A stretch of DNA of 62,200 bases, counting the filler, from Piptocephalis cylindrospora (Eukaryota): NCBI GenBank assembly GCA_003614145.1. It is 15 parts of 15 records of this genome, joined end to end, with 100 filler letters (N's around TTAATTAATTAA, not from the genome) between each part and the next. Parts side by side here need not be neighbours in the genome. Positions count along the whole stretch, not along the records: positions 37,621 to 41,650 come from KZ988577.1; positions 41,751 to 45,778 come from KZ988578.1; positions 45,879 to 49,895 come from KZ988579.1; 12 more parts are not named here. One strand, 5' to 3'. Below the pieces are notes generated by a model, which saw nothing but the letters and a program-made list of their open reading frames with translations, searched no databases and had not been told where the DNA came from. Numbering within the stretch: the first letter of the stretch is position 1; every line of letters starts with the position of its first letter. Below are positions 38,127 to 49,995 of this stretch, piece after piece. A program made the translations under genes and the position numbers.

Positions 38127-40256
38127 GTTAATAATGGTGGTGGTGGTAAAGGCAAGTCGGGGAGAGGCTTGAAATGGGAGGATTCGAGAAAGGGGTCGAA
38201 GAAAAAGGAGAGTTCGATGTGATGCTTGCAACGATGGGGAAACAAGAGCTTTACGAAGGATGAAGAATGCCAGGTTGGGCAAGACAAAGGTGAGCTACGA
38301 TGGGGAGGGAAAGAAAGAAGAAAGCGAGCAGTAAGATGAAGACTGGAGGTAAAGGGGAGAAACTAAAAAGAAACAAGGAAACTGAGAGAGGGAGATTCTT
38401 GAAGAAAGCCACGGTTACGCTCAAGGTCCGAACAGCAGCGCTCGGAAGCATTCACTACCGAATCTCCCGAGATCTCCCCTCTCACCCGCCCTGCCCTGTC
38501 CTGGTGGGATTTCTCCCGTCCCTTCATGGCCAGTACCTACCAGGTCAGGGGCATATCACTTTGTGTGTGCGCCCAGGAATATCCTTTCTCCTGTTCTCCC
38601 TCCCCCTTCCACACTACTCGTACTCCTGGTTGAACTATCCCCTCTTTAAATTACTTGCTCGTGCGTATGTGGTACAGCCTAAAAGCGGGAGACAGAAGGT
38701 GTGCACTGCTGGATGGAGCACCCAATAATATTATCATTTGGTCATGAACATTATTTCCGTCCACGGCTGTTTTCCTCATCTTGTTTCCCCAATACGTTTC
38801 GCTCGTTACCACTACTGCTATTTTCCTCATCTTGGTAGAATACAAACATGATAACTAGGGTTCAGAAGAGAAAGATCTTGTAGCGAGTACTCTTCAAATA
38901 TATATCTGCATCACACAAGTTGTTAGTATTACCAACGCAGGAAACAATCTCTAATGCATATGTTGAGGAAAGGAAAGGTACCGGAACCCTAGTCCTCTAC
39001 CGGGCCAGGTCTGAGAAGATGAGGTAAATGAAGGTAAGTGACACCTAAAGACGGGATATTGGCACCCACCCACTCGCTTAATCGATCTGCAATGTACAAC
39101 CAGCCGCCATCTCCTTTTAGTCAGAAATTAGAAGACCGATAGCTCATATCCACTAAAAAAAAGTATTACATTTCCCCCAAGTGGAGTAAGCTGATGGATA
39201 TCCGAATTGTTTTAGACCTTTTTCGAAATGGCGTGCTATTGAATGGATACAGGCTTACTTGTTATTGAAGTATAATGACTCTTCTATCCATCCATTACCT
39301 ATTACTGAGCAGGTACCAACTTTTAAAGAATATACCACATTTCTCTCTTTGGTAAAATCTGCAAATAGTATTCTGAACACTCATGAATATCTCTCGCTGT
39401 ATCTAAAGACATAGGAAGTAGTGGGCTTTAAGGGCGTCTGTAGTACCTAGAAACAAACTATAGCATAGGGTACAGGTCGGGGACCTGGTCCCTGGTAACA
39501 CACTCACCGACCATTGAGGCGGGCATTGTTTTCGGATACCCATTTAGTCTACCCCACTAAGGAGAAAATATAATGGTTTCATCATCATCTAAAGATATAG
39601 GATGTCACTTCTCTGGGATCTACATTTGTCAGTATCGGTCTTACCCCCATCCCACCCAGGAATAACATTATTATTGTTAGCCTCTACTCATCGATACGCA
39701 TGTCATCTCCCCCAGAATATGTTGACGGCTGCCCGACTGGCAGATGCGTTATGCAGGTTGGTTTTAATGAACTAACGTCCAAAGTTAGTTTAATCCTAGC
39801 AACCTGGTAGATTTCCAGCGGAGTTTCCACGGCATCAACCTTAGTCAACTCATTGTGTCCTCAGATAGAGTCGTATCCCAATAGAAGACTCAGATCATTC
39901 ACCCCGTTCCCTCGCTTCACCACCAATACTTTCCCCCGGCATTCATGGTCGGCCCAATTGATCCTCATTTCCATAAAGTAATCTCAAGTCTAAAGATTGG
40001 TACTTCAGGTCAAGCTGAATTCATCCTTTCATCCTTCCATCCTTCAAACACCCCTCTCCCCTCATCTCATCCTAGCTTTTCCCATCAACTCAGTCAGCCG
40101 CTTCTATTTCACTTCTACATCTCTTCTGCCTCAGCGCTCCATCCCCTTTCATACACTCTATTTCTGTTGTCACCCGCTCGTTTGTTCCTCCCACCTTTAC
40201 CTCTCAACCCTTATAGCTCCCCATTCAGTTCTTTGCCTCACCCTAAAATCCCTTCC

Positions 40257-41650
40257 ATGCTCTGGTTCCTGATCAAAACTCTTGCAGGCGTGAGCGTAAC
40301 ATACGTTTTCCTTTTCCATCTCGTTAACTTTCTTCTTATCCGCCAATTTGGCTTACGTGTGGGCTCTGTGCGGTTCAGATCGGTGAACGATCTGTTTCTG
40401 AGTCTACCTGGATCCGATGGGTCCCTGGAGGTAGGCAGGATCGAGCTGAAGGTAGGATGGCCACGGTGGAAAAATGGTCGGAGGCGGTGGTGGTCCGTAG
40501 CCATTTCCAACGTCATTGTCCATCTCCCCCAACCCATTGCGGAGGAGGCCGATCTACCTGTGGAACCTCAAGGAGAATCCACATCCACCAAGGCCTCCAG
40601 TGGAGCTCGACGTGCTAAAAAGAGAAAGGACGAGAAGAGGAAAAGCCGACGAGAGGGAAGAGAAAGGCGGGATACCCCCAAAGGCCCTTTGACCAAGCTT
40701 CAGGTAGGGACAGTGAAAGAGGATGCATTAATAATTCTCAAGGAAAGAATGGGCCTACTACATGGCTATTTTTTCTTCTATTCCCTTCTTGGTACCGTTC
40801 TGTTTACTTAAACATTTCCCCCATCCCACTTGTGTAGACATTGATCGAGGAATGGAGTGCCTCTCTGCATCCCTCCCGTCGGCCAGAGTCGGTTTCTTGG
40901 GTCAAGGCATGCAGTATGGATGTGGCTGTGTGGGCCATCAGTTGCGGGGAGGTTAGTTTATCCAATCTCTCCATCCCGCTTTCCCCAGTAGAACCAAGCT
41001 CTCCACGCATCTCCCTGCCCCATTTAACCATTCGTCCTTGTCTGCTCACATCACTCACTACGGATTCGGGTGGCCTCATCTGGCCTTTTACCATTGATAT
41101 AACCCTATACGCTCTGGCCCTTGTAGGAAGCAAGGAAGATATCCAGGTGATCCAAGTACCCTCTTTGGTATTCCGGATTGCCGGAGGGCTGTCAGGGTTC
41201 AAGGTGGTTCGTAAGAAAAGCTTCCTGCACAATCTGCAAACTGAATGGCGCATGGATTCCTTTCGCATCAATGTGGATGCATTGCTCCACCTACTTTCCC
41301 CACTCACCGACAATGGCCTCTCTTCCTTTCCTACCTGGTCCTCCAAATACACTCTGGAACTTCTTGAGGTCATTATGCAAGGTGCACGCTTCAGTGCCTA
41401 TGTCACGGATCGAGGCATTACAGCCCGCGTCTCTTTAGAATCCCTTGCTGTTCTTGGAAACCAGCCCGGATTTTCGTTAGACACCATCTCCCCCGAGGCC
41501 AAGGAAGGAAGTCGGAGGCATATTGGGCGTGTGGAGGATTGGTCCTTGGAAGTTGACTTGGGCTGCCTCAGTCACCTCCCTTTCCTTCCCCGTTTGGACC
41601 TGGGAACTTCCAAGGCCTTCCTTCTTTCTGCTCCATGGATTCTTTCTTTT
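40257..41650 (+). CDS. 5' part of a large protein, probably FMP27/Hobbit (BLTP2) bridge-like lipid transfer family; intron 40704-40837
   Basis: N-terminal TM helix then GLRVGSVRFRSVNDL...LEVGRIELKVGWP...WWSVAISNVIVHL and beta-rich segments. The in-frame GT-AG intron is clear; the family call is from remembered pattern only. Confidence 0.55.
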
Positions 41651-41750
41651 NNNNNNNNNNNNNNNNNNNNNNNNNNNNNNNNNNNNNNNNNNNNTTAATT
41701 AATTAANNNNNNNNNNNNNNNNNNNNNNNNNNNNNNNNNNNNNNNNNNNN

Positions 41751-42748
41751 AGGTGGAATGAGGATGGATCCGGGGGCTCCCGGTGGAGTAAAGTTTCGGG
41801 GTATCCCCACCCTGCTCGGTCATTCCTGTGCCAGTGATGGTAGCGACGGCCGGGGTGATGATGGGGGAGGTGGGGGCCGAGGTTGTGGCTGGGGCTGAGG
41901 AGGAGGAGACGGGTGCCTTGGTGGCGGCAATGAGAGAGGAGGAGGTGACGGAGACGGGGAGATGAGAGCTTGGAAGAACGCTCGTGGGAGGATTGGTGCT
42001 AAAGGGAGAGGAAGTGCCGCCATTGAGGGTGCTTTGCAGCATGGCCTCATGAACGGCGCGAGACGTGGCACCTCTGGATAGCTCGACGGCATGTGGCAAG
42101 ATGGCAATGATGGCCAGGAGGTTTTCGGTGGCGCCTTTAGGAGAGCCTGGGAGGGTGATGATCACGGTATTCCCACGGGAACCACATACGGGCCTTGACA
42201 GGGCGGCGTAGGGGTTAGATTGGATAGAGGACATGAGCATGGCCGTGACCAGACCCGGAGCTTGTTTCGTCAAGAGGGGCAAGACGGCCTATGGATGGGT
42301 GAGTGGATGGGGAAGGGTGAGGCAGGGTGGGATAGGATGATCATTGAGATTGGATGGCCATGATCATGTATCTCGCAGGCCCGTTCCATCTTAAACCTCC
42401 TTACCTCGGGGGTACAGTCCCGTTGACCAAAGCCAGTGCCTCCAGTGGTTAGAACCATGTCCAGCTTACGATGGGAAGACCAGAGTTTGAGGGTACCCTG
42501 AATCTGGTCCATGTCATCGGGGACACAGGCGGTGGCTGCAATGGACCATTTAGTGGTATCCTTGGCCAAGAGATGCTGAAGGGCCGGGGAAGATTGGTCG
42601 ACGGAGAGGCCCTGGCTCACTGTATCACTCACTGCGTAGGATAAAGGGTGGGATAGGATGGGGGATGAGTGAAGATGGGGGGGGGGGGGCGAATGGATGA
42701 GGATGAGCACTAACCTGTGAGAATTCCCACTGTGAAGATGGTTGACAT
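41751..42748 (-). CDS. Gephyrin/Cnx1(CnxE)-type molybdenum cofactor biosynthesis protein, N-terminal MogA-like G domain; exons 42748-42715, 42631-42405, 42288-contig end
   Basis: VGILTVSD...DQSSPAL...VPDD...LTTGGTGFGQRDCTPEA...APG...AALSRPVCG.RG.T.IITLPGSPKG..ENL.....LPHA. Confidence 0.92.
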
Positions 42749-44513
42749 GGCTCGGGTGCTTTCGAGAGGAATGAGAGAGAAGGGAAAGGAGGGGGAAAGG
42801 GAAAGAAAGAGGCGGAACGAAAAAGTGAAAGGACGAGGAATGAAGGCAGTGCTGGGAGAGAGAGGGGGAGAGGGGGAGAGAGAATACGGATTTTGGCAGT
42901 GCTGGGAAGGAATGGAAGGAGAAGGAGGAAGGCCTAAAGGATTCTAGATGGGATGATTTAGAGATATCCTCCGGCATTTCAATATTCTTCCGCCCCATCC
43001 AAGATCGATCCCAGCTCATAGTTTAATGCGGCAAAAAGCACTATGAGCGCCTGGCTCCTTTGTCTCAGCCCAGCCCTCACCCATTGACAGGTCCTTAGGG
43101 CCCTTTCATTCAAGGGTGGGGCGGGGAAAGGCTCATTGCTGGCTAGCGGAATGAAACTGTGGTTCTCCTGGTCAGGCATTGGCTTTAGGCTGAGGGTGGA
43201 TGAGATGGGGGAAAATCAATTAATGTGAGTCCCTACCGTACCAGGCTTACTGTGTGGGAGGTGGGAAATGGGGCAAAGTAATAATAGTATGTAATATTCA
43301 AGGCTTGAAGAGTCGGGGTGGCGGTGGCGGTGATGAGAAGGAGATCTCCTTGCTTCTCTCACATCACCGCCCTTAAGGTTGCACACATACACACAGGGAT
43401 CAGGAGAATTGGGGGAAAAGGGTGGAATGGATGCACGGTGGATAGATGTCGGGATGAATAGGGGGGAGGGGGATCATCAAGGGTCCTTTCTCCCACGCTG
43501 CACGTCCTCATATCCTTTGGACGAGATCTATTCTTTGAGTAAAATATATCCCTTGAGGAGGAGACTTACCATCCTTCTCCTCCTTCTCTCCCTCCTCATC
43601 GGGTGCCCTTTATCCAAGATAGTAAGGATGAGGTCAGCACATGGGGATGAGGGCATGAGGGCGTGGAGCTTCCCATCGACCGGCGGCACTTTCTCGAGTA
43701 TCGCCATGAAGGAAGACTCGGTGTATTTAGAGATGAGAGTGTTTGGATAGAAAAGGAATACATGATCACGGGAGATCCCATTGCAATCCACTCTCTTTAC
43801 CCAATCTATCTCAGTCCGACGGATGGGACGGATGATCGCCGTACAGAACCACCATGACTCACTCCCCTACCAGGATGAACAGGAAAGAGGATTCGTCGAT
43901 CGTCTTGGGTCATCTCAATCATCCATCTAATTCTCACTCTCTTGGCTAGTCAATGAAACCTCGACTGCCTTTGAGTAACAGCAGTACCATAGGATCAAGA
44001 TGACTCATGTCCGGAGTTCCCCAGCTTATCGAGTAGAGTACGCCTTGCACGTGTAAAGCCTAGTTGGTGGTTGGCAATGGGGGTGGGGAGAAGGAGAGGG
44101 GGGTCTCCCAGCATAGAGGCTACGGCCCCAGAGAAGTGTGTGTGTATGTATGTGTGTGTGTGTGTGCTCCTCTATCTCATAGTGTCCTAGTACGAACCTG
44201 GAGATAAAAAAAAAAGGAGTTCTAGCCCTCGTCGCCAAATTTCAACCATCGTGTCTCTATCCTTCTTCCTCCTCCCCCACTCACCACCAGCCGCACGTCC
44301 TTGCTTCTAGCCACTTCCAGTCCCTGCTCGTGGCCACTGCTCCTCCTTTCCACCACCTGATCTCCATCTTCTCACCCCCTCATTGACTTTGTGAGGGATA
44401 CAGCCTTTTATAAAGCGCTCTTTTTTCCTGCCTCTAGGACTCATATACCTCCCTTGGCTTCACTACCCCATCCATCCCATCCCACCCCACCCTACCCCAC
44501 CCCATCCTCCATC

Positions 44514-45723
44514 ATGTCGAACGCTACCAAGGACCAAAACCCTCCTCCATCCTCAGGTAGCGTGTCCAACGAGGAGGGCTGGACCATCGTCCGTTCCCAA
44601 AAGTCAAAGGTTCCTGCCTCAGAGACGACCTCCACGCGTAAGTCCCGACCCAGTCCTTCCTCCACCAAGTCATCAACGCGGTCAAGACCCCCTCCTGTCG
44701 CCTCCCAGGGTAAGGGAAACTCTAAATCCATGAGACCCTCTATGCGTCCCCGACCCAGCGGTCGCCCCCGCTTTTCCTCCCATGGCAAACACAACCCTGC
44801 CTCTGAGGGTGTTCCTCCCTCCCCGAGAAAACGATCCAACTCCATCACCTCCATCGGATCGGCTCACTCAGATGACTCGGTCGAATCCGAGGCCGGTATC
44901 GAACCTCCTCCCGAGAACTTTGATGCCCCTGTCTCCGTCATGTGCCCCTTGGATGGGTGTGATGGCGATGGCGTCTTCACCAAGCCAAGGCCCCTGGTCA
45001 AGCATCTGCTCGAGGTCCATCACCTTCGTATTCACAACTTGCATCACATGTACAACTCTCTCCAGGTCTATCTGGAGACCTGGTCCTCCCTCCTCCGCCT
45101 CTCTCCTCTGCCCGAGGGGGTCATCAAAGGCACGGTCGCCCTCACCGATGACTCTGGCAAGGATACCACGGACATCTACACCGTCGATCCCGATCAATGT
45201 TCTACCGATCAGGATCTTCGTTCCCGGCTTCAACGCGAGGCACTGGTAAGCACGAGCATGAGGGCGTCAAGCCATGCACATCTTACTCACCCCCTCCTTT
45301 CCTTTCATCACCACAGGAAAGGATTATCGCCGTGCAAGAAAAAGAAAGGCAGGCTGGGGCGGACATGGAGGGAAAGTGCCTCTTTTGCAAATTCCTCTCC
45401 CACTCCCGTGCCTCCCTGTTCCGTCATATGTTTTCCGTACACAACTTCAACATTGGTCTTCCGGACAACCTGGTCAATGTGTCCGATTACCTCTCGGTCC
45501 TCCAGGGTAAGCTGAACAACCTTCAGTGTCTCTATTGCGAAAAGACCTTCACTACCCCGGCTGTTCTGAGGAAGCACATGCGTAAGAAGAAGCACTTCAA
45601 GATCTCCTCCTGGAACCGTCTTTACGACCGTTACTACATCGTTAACTACCTGGAACCTGGCAAGAATTGGCAAGATTTCGAGGGCGATGCCTACGAGAGT
45701 GGCGAGGAAGGCGTAGGTGCTGT
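44514..45723 (+). CDS. C2H2 zinc finger protein ZNF277-like; intron 45246-45316; 3' end lost at chimeric contig end
   Basis: CLFC...HMFSVHNFNIGLPDNLV...LQCLYCEKTF.....LRKHMRKKKH...YDRYYIVNYLEPGKNW. Confidence 0.88.
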
Positions 45724-46164
45724 TGAGTAAGATGTGCATGGCTTGACGCCCTCATGCTCGTGCTTACCAGTGCCTCGCNNNNNNNNNNNNNNNNNNNNNN
45801 NNNNNNNNNNNNNNNNNNNNNNTTAATTAATTAANNNNNNNNNNNNNNNNNNNNNNNNNNNNNNNNNNNNNNNNNNNNACACGATAAATAAAGCAAAGGT
45901 GGGCACTTGTGAGGGGGTGGTAGCAGGGAGAAGAGGAAGAAAGAATGAGGGAGGGTAGACGTAAGAGGAATGGAGGTCCGTGCAAGTAGGCTATATAGAT
46001 TTGAAATAGCCTATGGTAAAGATGTCTGGATTGTGCTTGACGGCTGGAACTTGAATCGGGGCAAGTGATACGGGAAAGAGAAAAGAAAGGGTGGAGAGAA
46101 GTGGTGGTTGGCTTCACCCCGCCCCCGTGCCCTTTGGACGGGGGTGGGGATGCGGCTATAGTGA

Positions 46165-46752
46165 ATGATTAAAGCCGGTTGGGCGGAGATGATGTGCGAA
46201 AAACGGCTAGCCAGGTGTGAGACCTCCGATAAAGAGATGAAGGAAGGGCCGTTACAGAATCCAATAAAGGAAACACCGCCGTCCTACCCTCCATACCTTG
46301 CACGGATGAAGAGGACGCTACAAGGGATCGCTGGCACTGATACACACTTACACAGACAAGGATCATGTTCATCACTTCATCCTCTTGAACCTCGAAAGCT
46401 TGTACAGTTGCAGGAATTACCCTCTATTTACCAAGGGTGCTGGGGAATATGCATGGGTAGGCAGGCTTACATGGAGATACATCCTGGAACTCCCAGGGTT
46501 CATAGGCAGGGTGGAGGGCATTTTACCCCTTCAGAGACAGATGCCTACGTCTTGCAACAGGGCTTTGAGATGACGGAGGCCATGATGAGCTTTTCAATTG
46601 GCAAGAACTCTACAGATGACTCAATAGCTCCGATCCTATCAGAAGGCTTCTCAAGGAAATCAGATAGAACGATCAAGGCAGTAAGACATCCTTTCCACTT
46701 TCCGCCAGACAATCTGCCCTCCAGCAATACAAAAATTGGCATTTTCACTTAA
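46165..46752 (+). CDS. Hypothetical protein (195-aa ORF)
   Basis: Open frame converging on the BCL7-like gene; no motif recognised. Confidence 0.3.
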   Translation: MIKAGWAEMMCEKRLARCETSDKEMKEGPLQNPIKETPPSYPPYLARMKRTLQGIAGTDTHLHRQGSCSSLHPLEPRKLVQLQELPSIYQGCWGICMGRQAYMEIHPGTPRVHRQGGGHFTPSETDAYVLQQGFEMTEAMMSFSIGKNSTDDSIAPILSEGFSRKSDRTIKAVRHPFHFPPDNLPSSNTKIGIFT

Positions 46753-46793
46753 AAAGTTGAATCAATTCGTCACCACTTCTTCCCTCTTAATCA

Positions 46794-47866
46794 CTAGGCG
46801 GAAGTATCCATGGCGTCCTCATCCTTGACCCCGGACGATCCCTCCGATACAGGTGGTGGCGGTGGAGGATTGGGGTCGTTAGGCGTGCTTGGGTCGTTCG
46901 GCCCCTCGATCTTGACTACGGCCTCATCCCCCTCCTTCAGCATGGTACTCGAGTCTGACTCCCCATCCTGGAGTTTTTCCGTAGGCGGGTTGGCCTTATC
47001 AGAGGAAAGGTTCGAGGAGGCTGCTGGTGGACGAACACTAGATATTTCATTCACAGACGGAGTCGTCGTTTCATCCTTTCCTGGGGCCTCGGAGGATAGG
47101 GAAGGGAGCTCCCGTTCTTTTCCCATATCGTCCTGGAAAGTTCCCTCAAGAGATCCTGGGGCATGCGATGGACTATCCATGGGTCCCTGGAGAGAGGAAA
47201 TCAGCAATCTATCCACGACCCCACTCACAACAAGTACTTACCCTGCCATCTCCAAGGACACCGCTGGCTGTTGCGCTCAATCCAGGGCTATCGGTAATCT
47301 ACGTCGCCCCATTTCAGATTCGTTGGGGAAAGTGTAAGTCCGATGGGCGACACATCCCCTACAGCATAAAGTGATCCACTCATGCATCCCCACCTTTCCC
47401 AAGGGAGTTCCCGAGGCCGAATGGGATCCTCCTGGGGTACCTTGCGGGGAGAGTAGGGCATCAGTGGCCGAGCCTCCCAATGCGCTGGGGGTCCCCACCA
47501 CCTCCTCATCCTCTTCGATCTCCTCAAAAGCCTCGGGCTTGAGGTCCACTGCAAAGACAGGATAGTGGTTCGTTAATCCCCTTAGTCAAAAACGGAAGAA
47601 AGGGCCTCGCCTAAACCTTACCCTTGACCCATTTGAGGACATGGATGGGCTTCCCCCGCGAATCCACCTTTCCCTCCCCCGCTGACACCCACTGCTTTTG
47701 CCTTGATATGGGAAGGACGACGTCAGTGACCGGGGCAAGAGAGGGAAAGATACCTAGGAGCAAGGACCCACCATCGTTGTACCGGGCTATAGAGAACTTG
47801 TCGTAGTGCCCCCGCCTCAGCAACTTCACGTCGCGTATGGAATCGGGAGGGACGTGTGGAGCTCAT
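46794..47866 (-). CDS. BCL7/Rtt102-like SWI/SNF-associated protein, 5 exons
   Basis: Spliced N terminus (exons 47866-47772, 47701-47622) reads MSSTRPSRFHTRREVAEAGALRQVLYSPVQRWQKQWVSAGEGKVDSRGKPIHVLKWVK, resembling BCL7 ..RAETRSRAKDDIKRVM...VRKWEKKWV....IYKWVP. Acidic disordered tail ends EDAMDTSA. Confidence 0.7.
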
Positions 47867-48210
47867 CAGAATGGGAAGAGCAATAGACTATAATGAAATG
47901 GGCTACTGATGATGGTGAGGTGGACCTTTGTAGTCAGGAGGTAAAGGTCAGCGCGTAATGGGTGGAAGAAGGCAAGTGAGTGTCTCCATGTCCCCCCATT
48001 CTCCTAGGCTGTGCCAGTCTTGCTATGCCAGACTCACAGTGATAAATCATCAACCACAAGTTAGCCTGATGTACAATAACAGAGGAGGTGCGGGGAACAT
48101 GTGCGCCACACCGTGACCCCCGACGCGCCTCCGATGAGTTTGGTAAACAATGACGTTCATTTCAATTGATCCAACGTCTTCCCTCTTCCTCTTCTTTTCG
48201 CCAACCCGTC

Positions 48211-49895
48211 ATGACAAGATCACCGAGAATGCCCCAGGGCCCCTTGGGATCCTCCCTCTTTGCGGAGGATACCTCCTCGACTGGAAGGAAGAAGAGAATG
48301 GGTCGGATGCGTACACATTCCTTTGGAGGCACAAACACACCAGAAGCCATTCAGGATGGGTCTTTGGAATTCTTTGCTTCAACCATCGCTCCAGAATCAA
48401 GGGACGAGTCAATGCCTGGGGCCGGACTGGCATTCACTGATCAAGCAAGCCTCCCCATGGATATGTACAGTGATAACATTGATGATACGATGACTTTTGC
48501 CGACGGAAAAAATGATCAAGTTGATCTGGAAAGGCAGGCAAAAGAGGATAAACAGGTACAATGGATAGATAAAGATAGATTTCGCACGCATTATTGCTTA
48601 TCCTTACCCCTCCATTATTTAGGATCAATCCTGGAAACCTAGGCAAAAGATGACCTTGAAACGACAGCATCGACGTGTCAAAATATCCCCAAGTATTGAG
48701 GATGACCCCCCATTTCCAAAGAGGACTCGATGTACCTCCAAAGTTCGGGTGGAGGGATTGATAGAGACCAAAGATCTAAAAGATCATCAAATTCCTGACA
48801 CGACGATGAAGAGAAAAAAGATCACTAGAGCAAAACGAACCACTCAATCTTCTCCTGTCGTTGAAGAAGGAGAAAAGAAGGTAGATGAGTTGAAAAAGAC
48901 TGAAAGGACATCTAAAAACAAGAAAGGTATGTTGTATATCTCTAAAAAGTTATGGAAGTATCCGGCGCTCTCCTGTTAAAACTTGGCGTCCTCATTCACC
49001 CTTCCTCTCCAGATGGCCCTCAAACATTAAATGAGAACTTTGTACGCTACCGACTTTCCCGAGGCAGCGGGAAAAAAGGCAGCTTTGGTCGAGGGACGAA
49101 AAGAGGTTTCCATGGGTAAGCATCATGAGATGGAATGGAATGAGGATGACACTAAAAGTATGCATTCTTTTCTTTAATTCCTCATGGATAGCCCCAGTGG
49201 CAAGCATACCAAAAGGACCAGCTATGTTAATCAGTCAATGATCCTTTATGAGGACCCGCGCGATACAGACCAATCAGGGGAATGCTTTGGCCTGGACGTC
49301 TCCCTACATAACACAGTCGATTCTTCCACCATCTGGTACAATCAACAAGATTTGCTCAACTCTATTGTTCCTCCAATTTCTCTAGGACTGGAAAAGGACA
49401 TTTCTGGGTAAGTCTGGCAGGGGGTTCGCACGTATCATTAGGCCCTTACTAACTGCAACCTCTCATGCATTGTAATAGGTCTTCTCGCATCCATATTATG
49501 ATACCTGAGGTAGATGGAACAGCAAAGAGTATGGATATATCCCTGGAGCCATGGCGCTCCTCCAGATATTCTTCCTTTAATGGTAACAACAACACTTTTT
49601 TTCCCTGTTTCTTTCCTCCAGGAAACTTTCCCTGATTCCGCTTCCCATCCTTGAAATGGCTATATAGGTATGGAAGGGTGTATTGAGGAGGCGCTTCAGG
49701 CTGCCCTTAGCATAAGTGCTACAAAATCGAAGGAAATGAGAGAAAGCGCAACATCTTTTCAGGTTTACAAGACACGAGGTATGTCCTCTCCCTCTTCCCC
49801 CTCCCTATTAACAATGCTTCTCTTACCCCAACCCTCTATTTTTCTAGATCTTTTTAAAGAGGCCTTAGCCCTTTCTGAAGTCCCCTCCCTCCTTT
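48211..49895 (+). CDS. Hypothetical multi-exon protein, 5' part (Lys/Arg-rich, probably nuclear)
   Basis: Successive open frames (48211-, 48650-, 49184-, 49670-) separated by GT..AG segments; exon structure not fully resolved. Confidence 0.5.
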
Positions 49896-49995
49896 NNNNN
49901 NNNNNNNNNNNNNNNNNNNNNNNNNNNNNNNNNNNNNNNTTAATTAATTAANNNNNNNNNNNNNNNNNNNNNNNNNNNNNNNNNNNNNNNNNNNN

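Noticed and set aside
43476..44008. Possible small spliced minus-strand gene between the gephyrin-like and ZNF277-like genes
   Set aside because: I could not build a consistent GT-AG model, and no motif was recognised.
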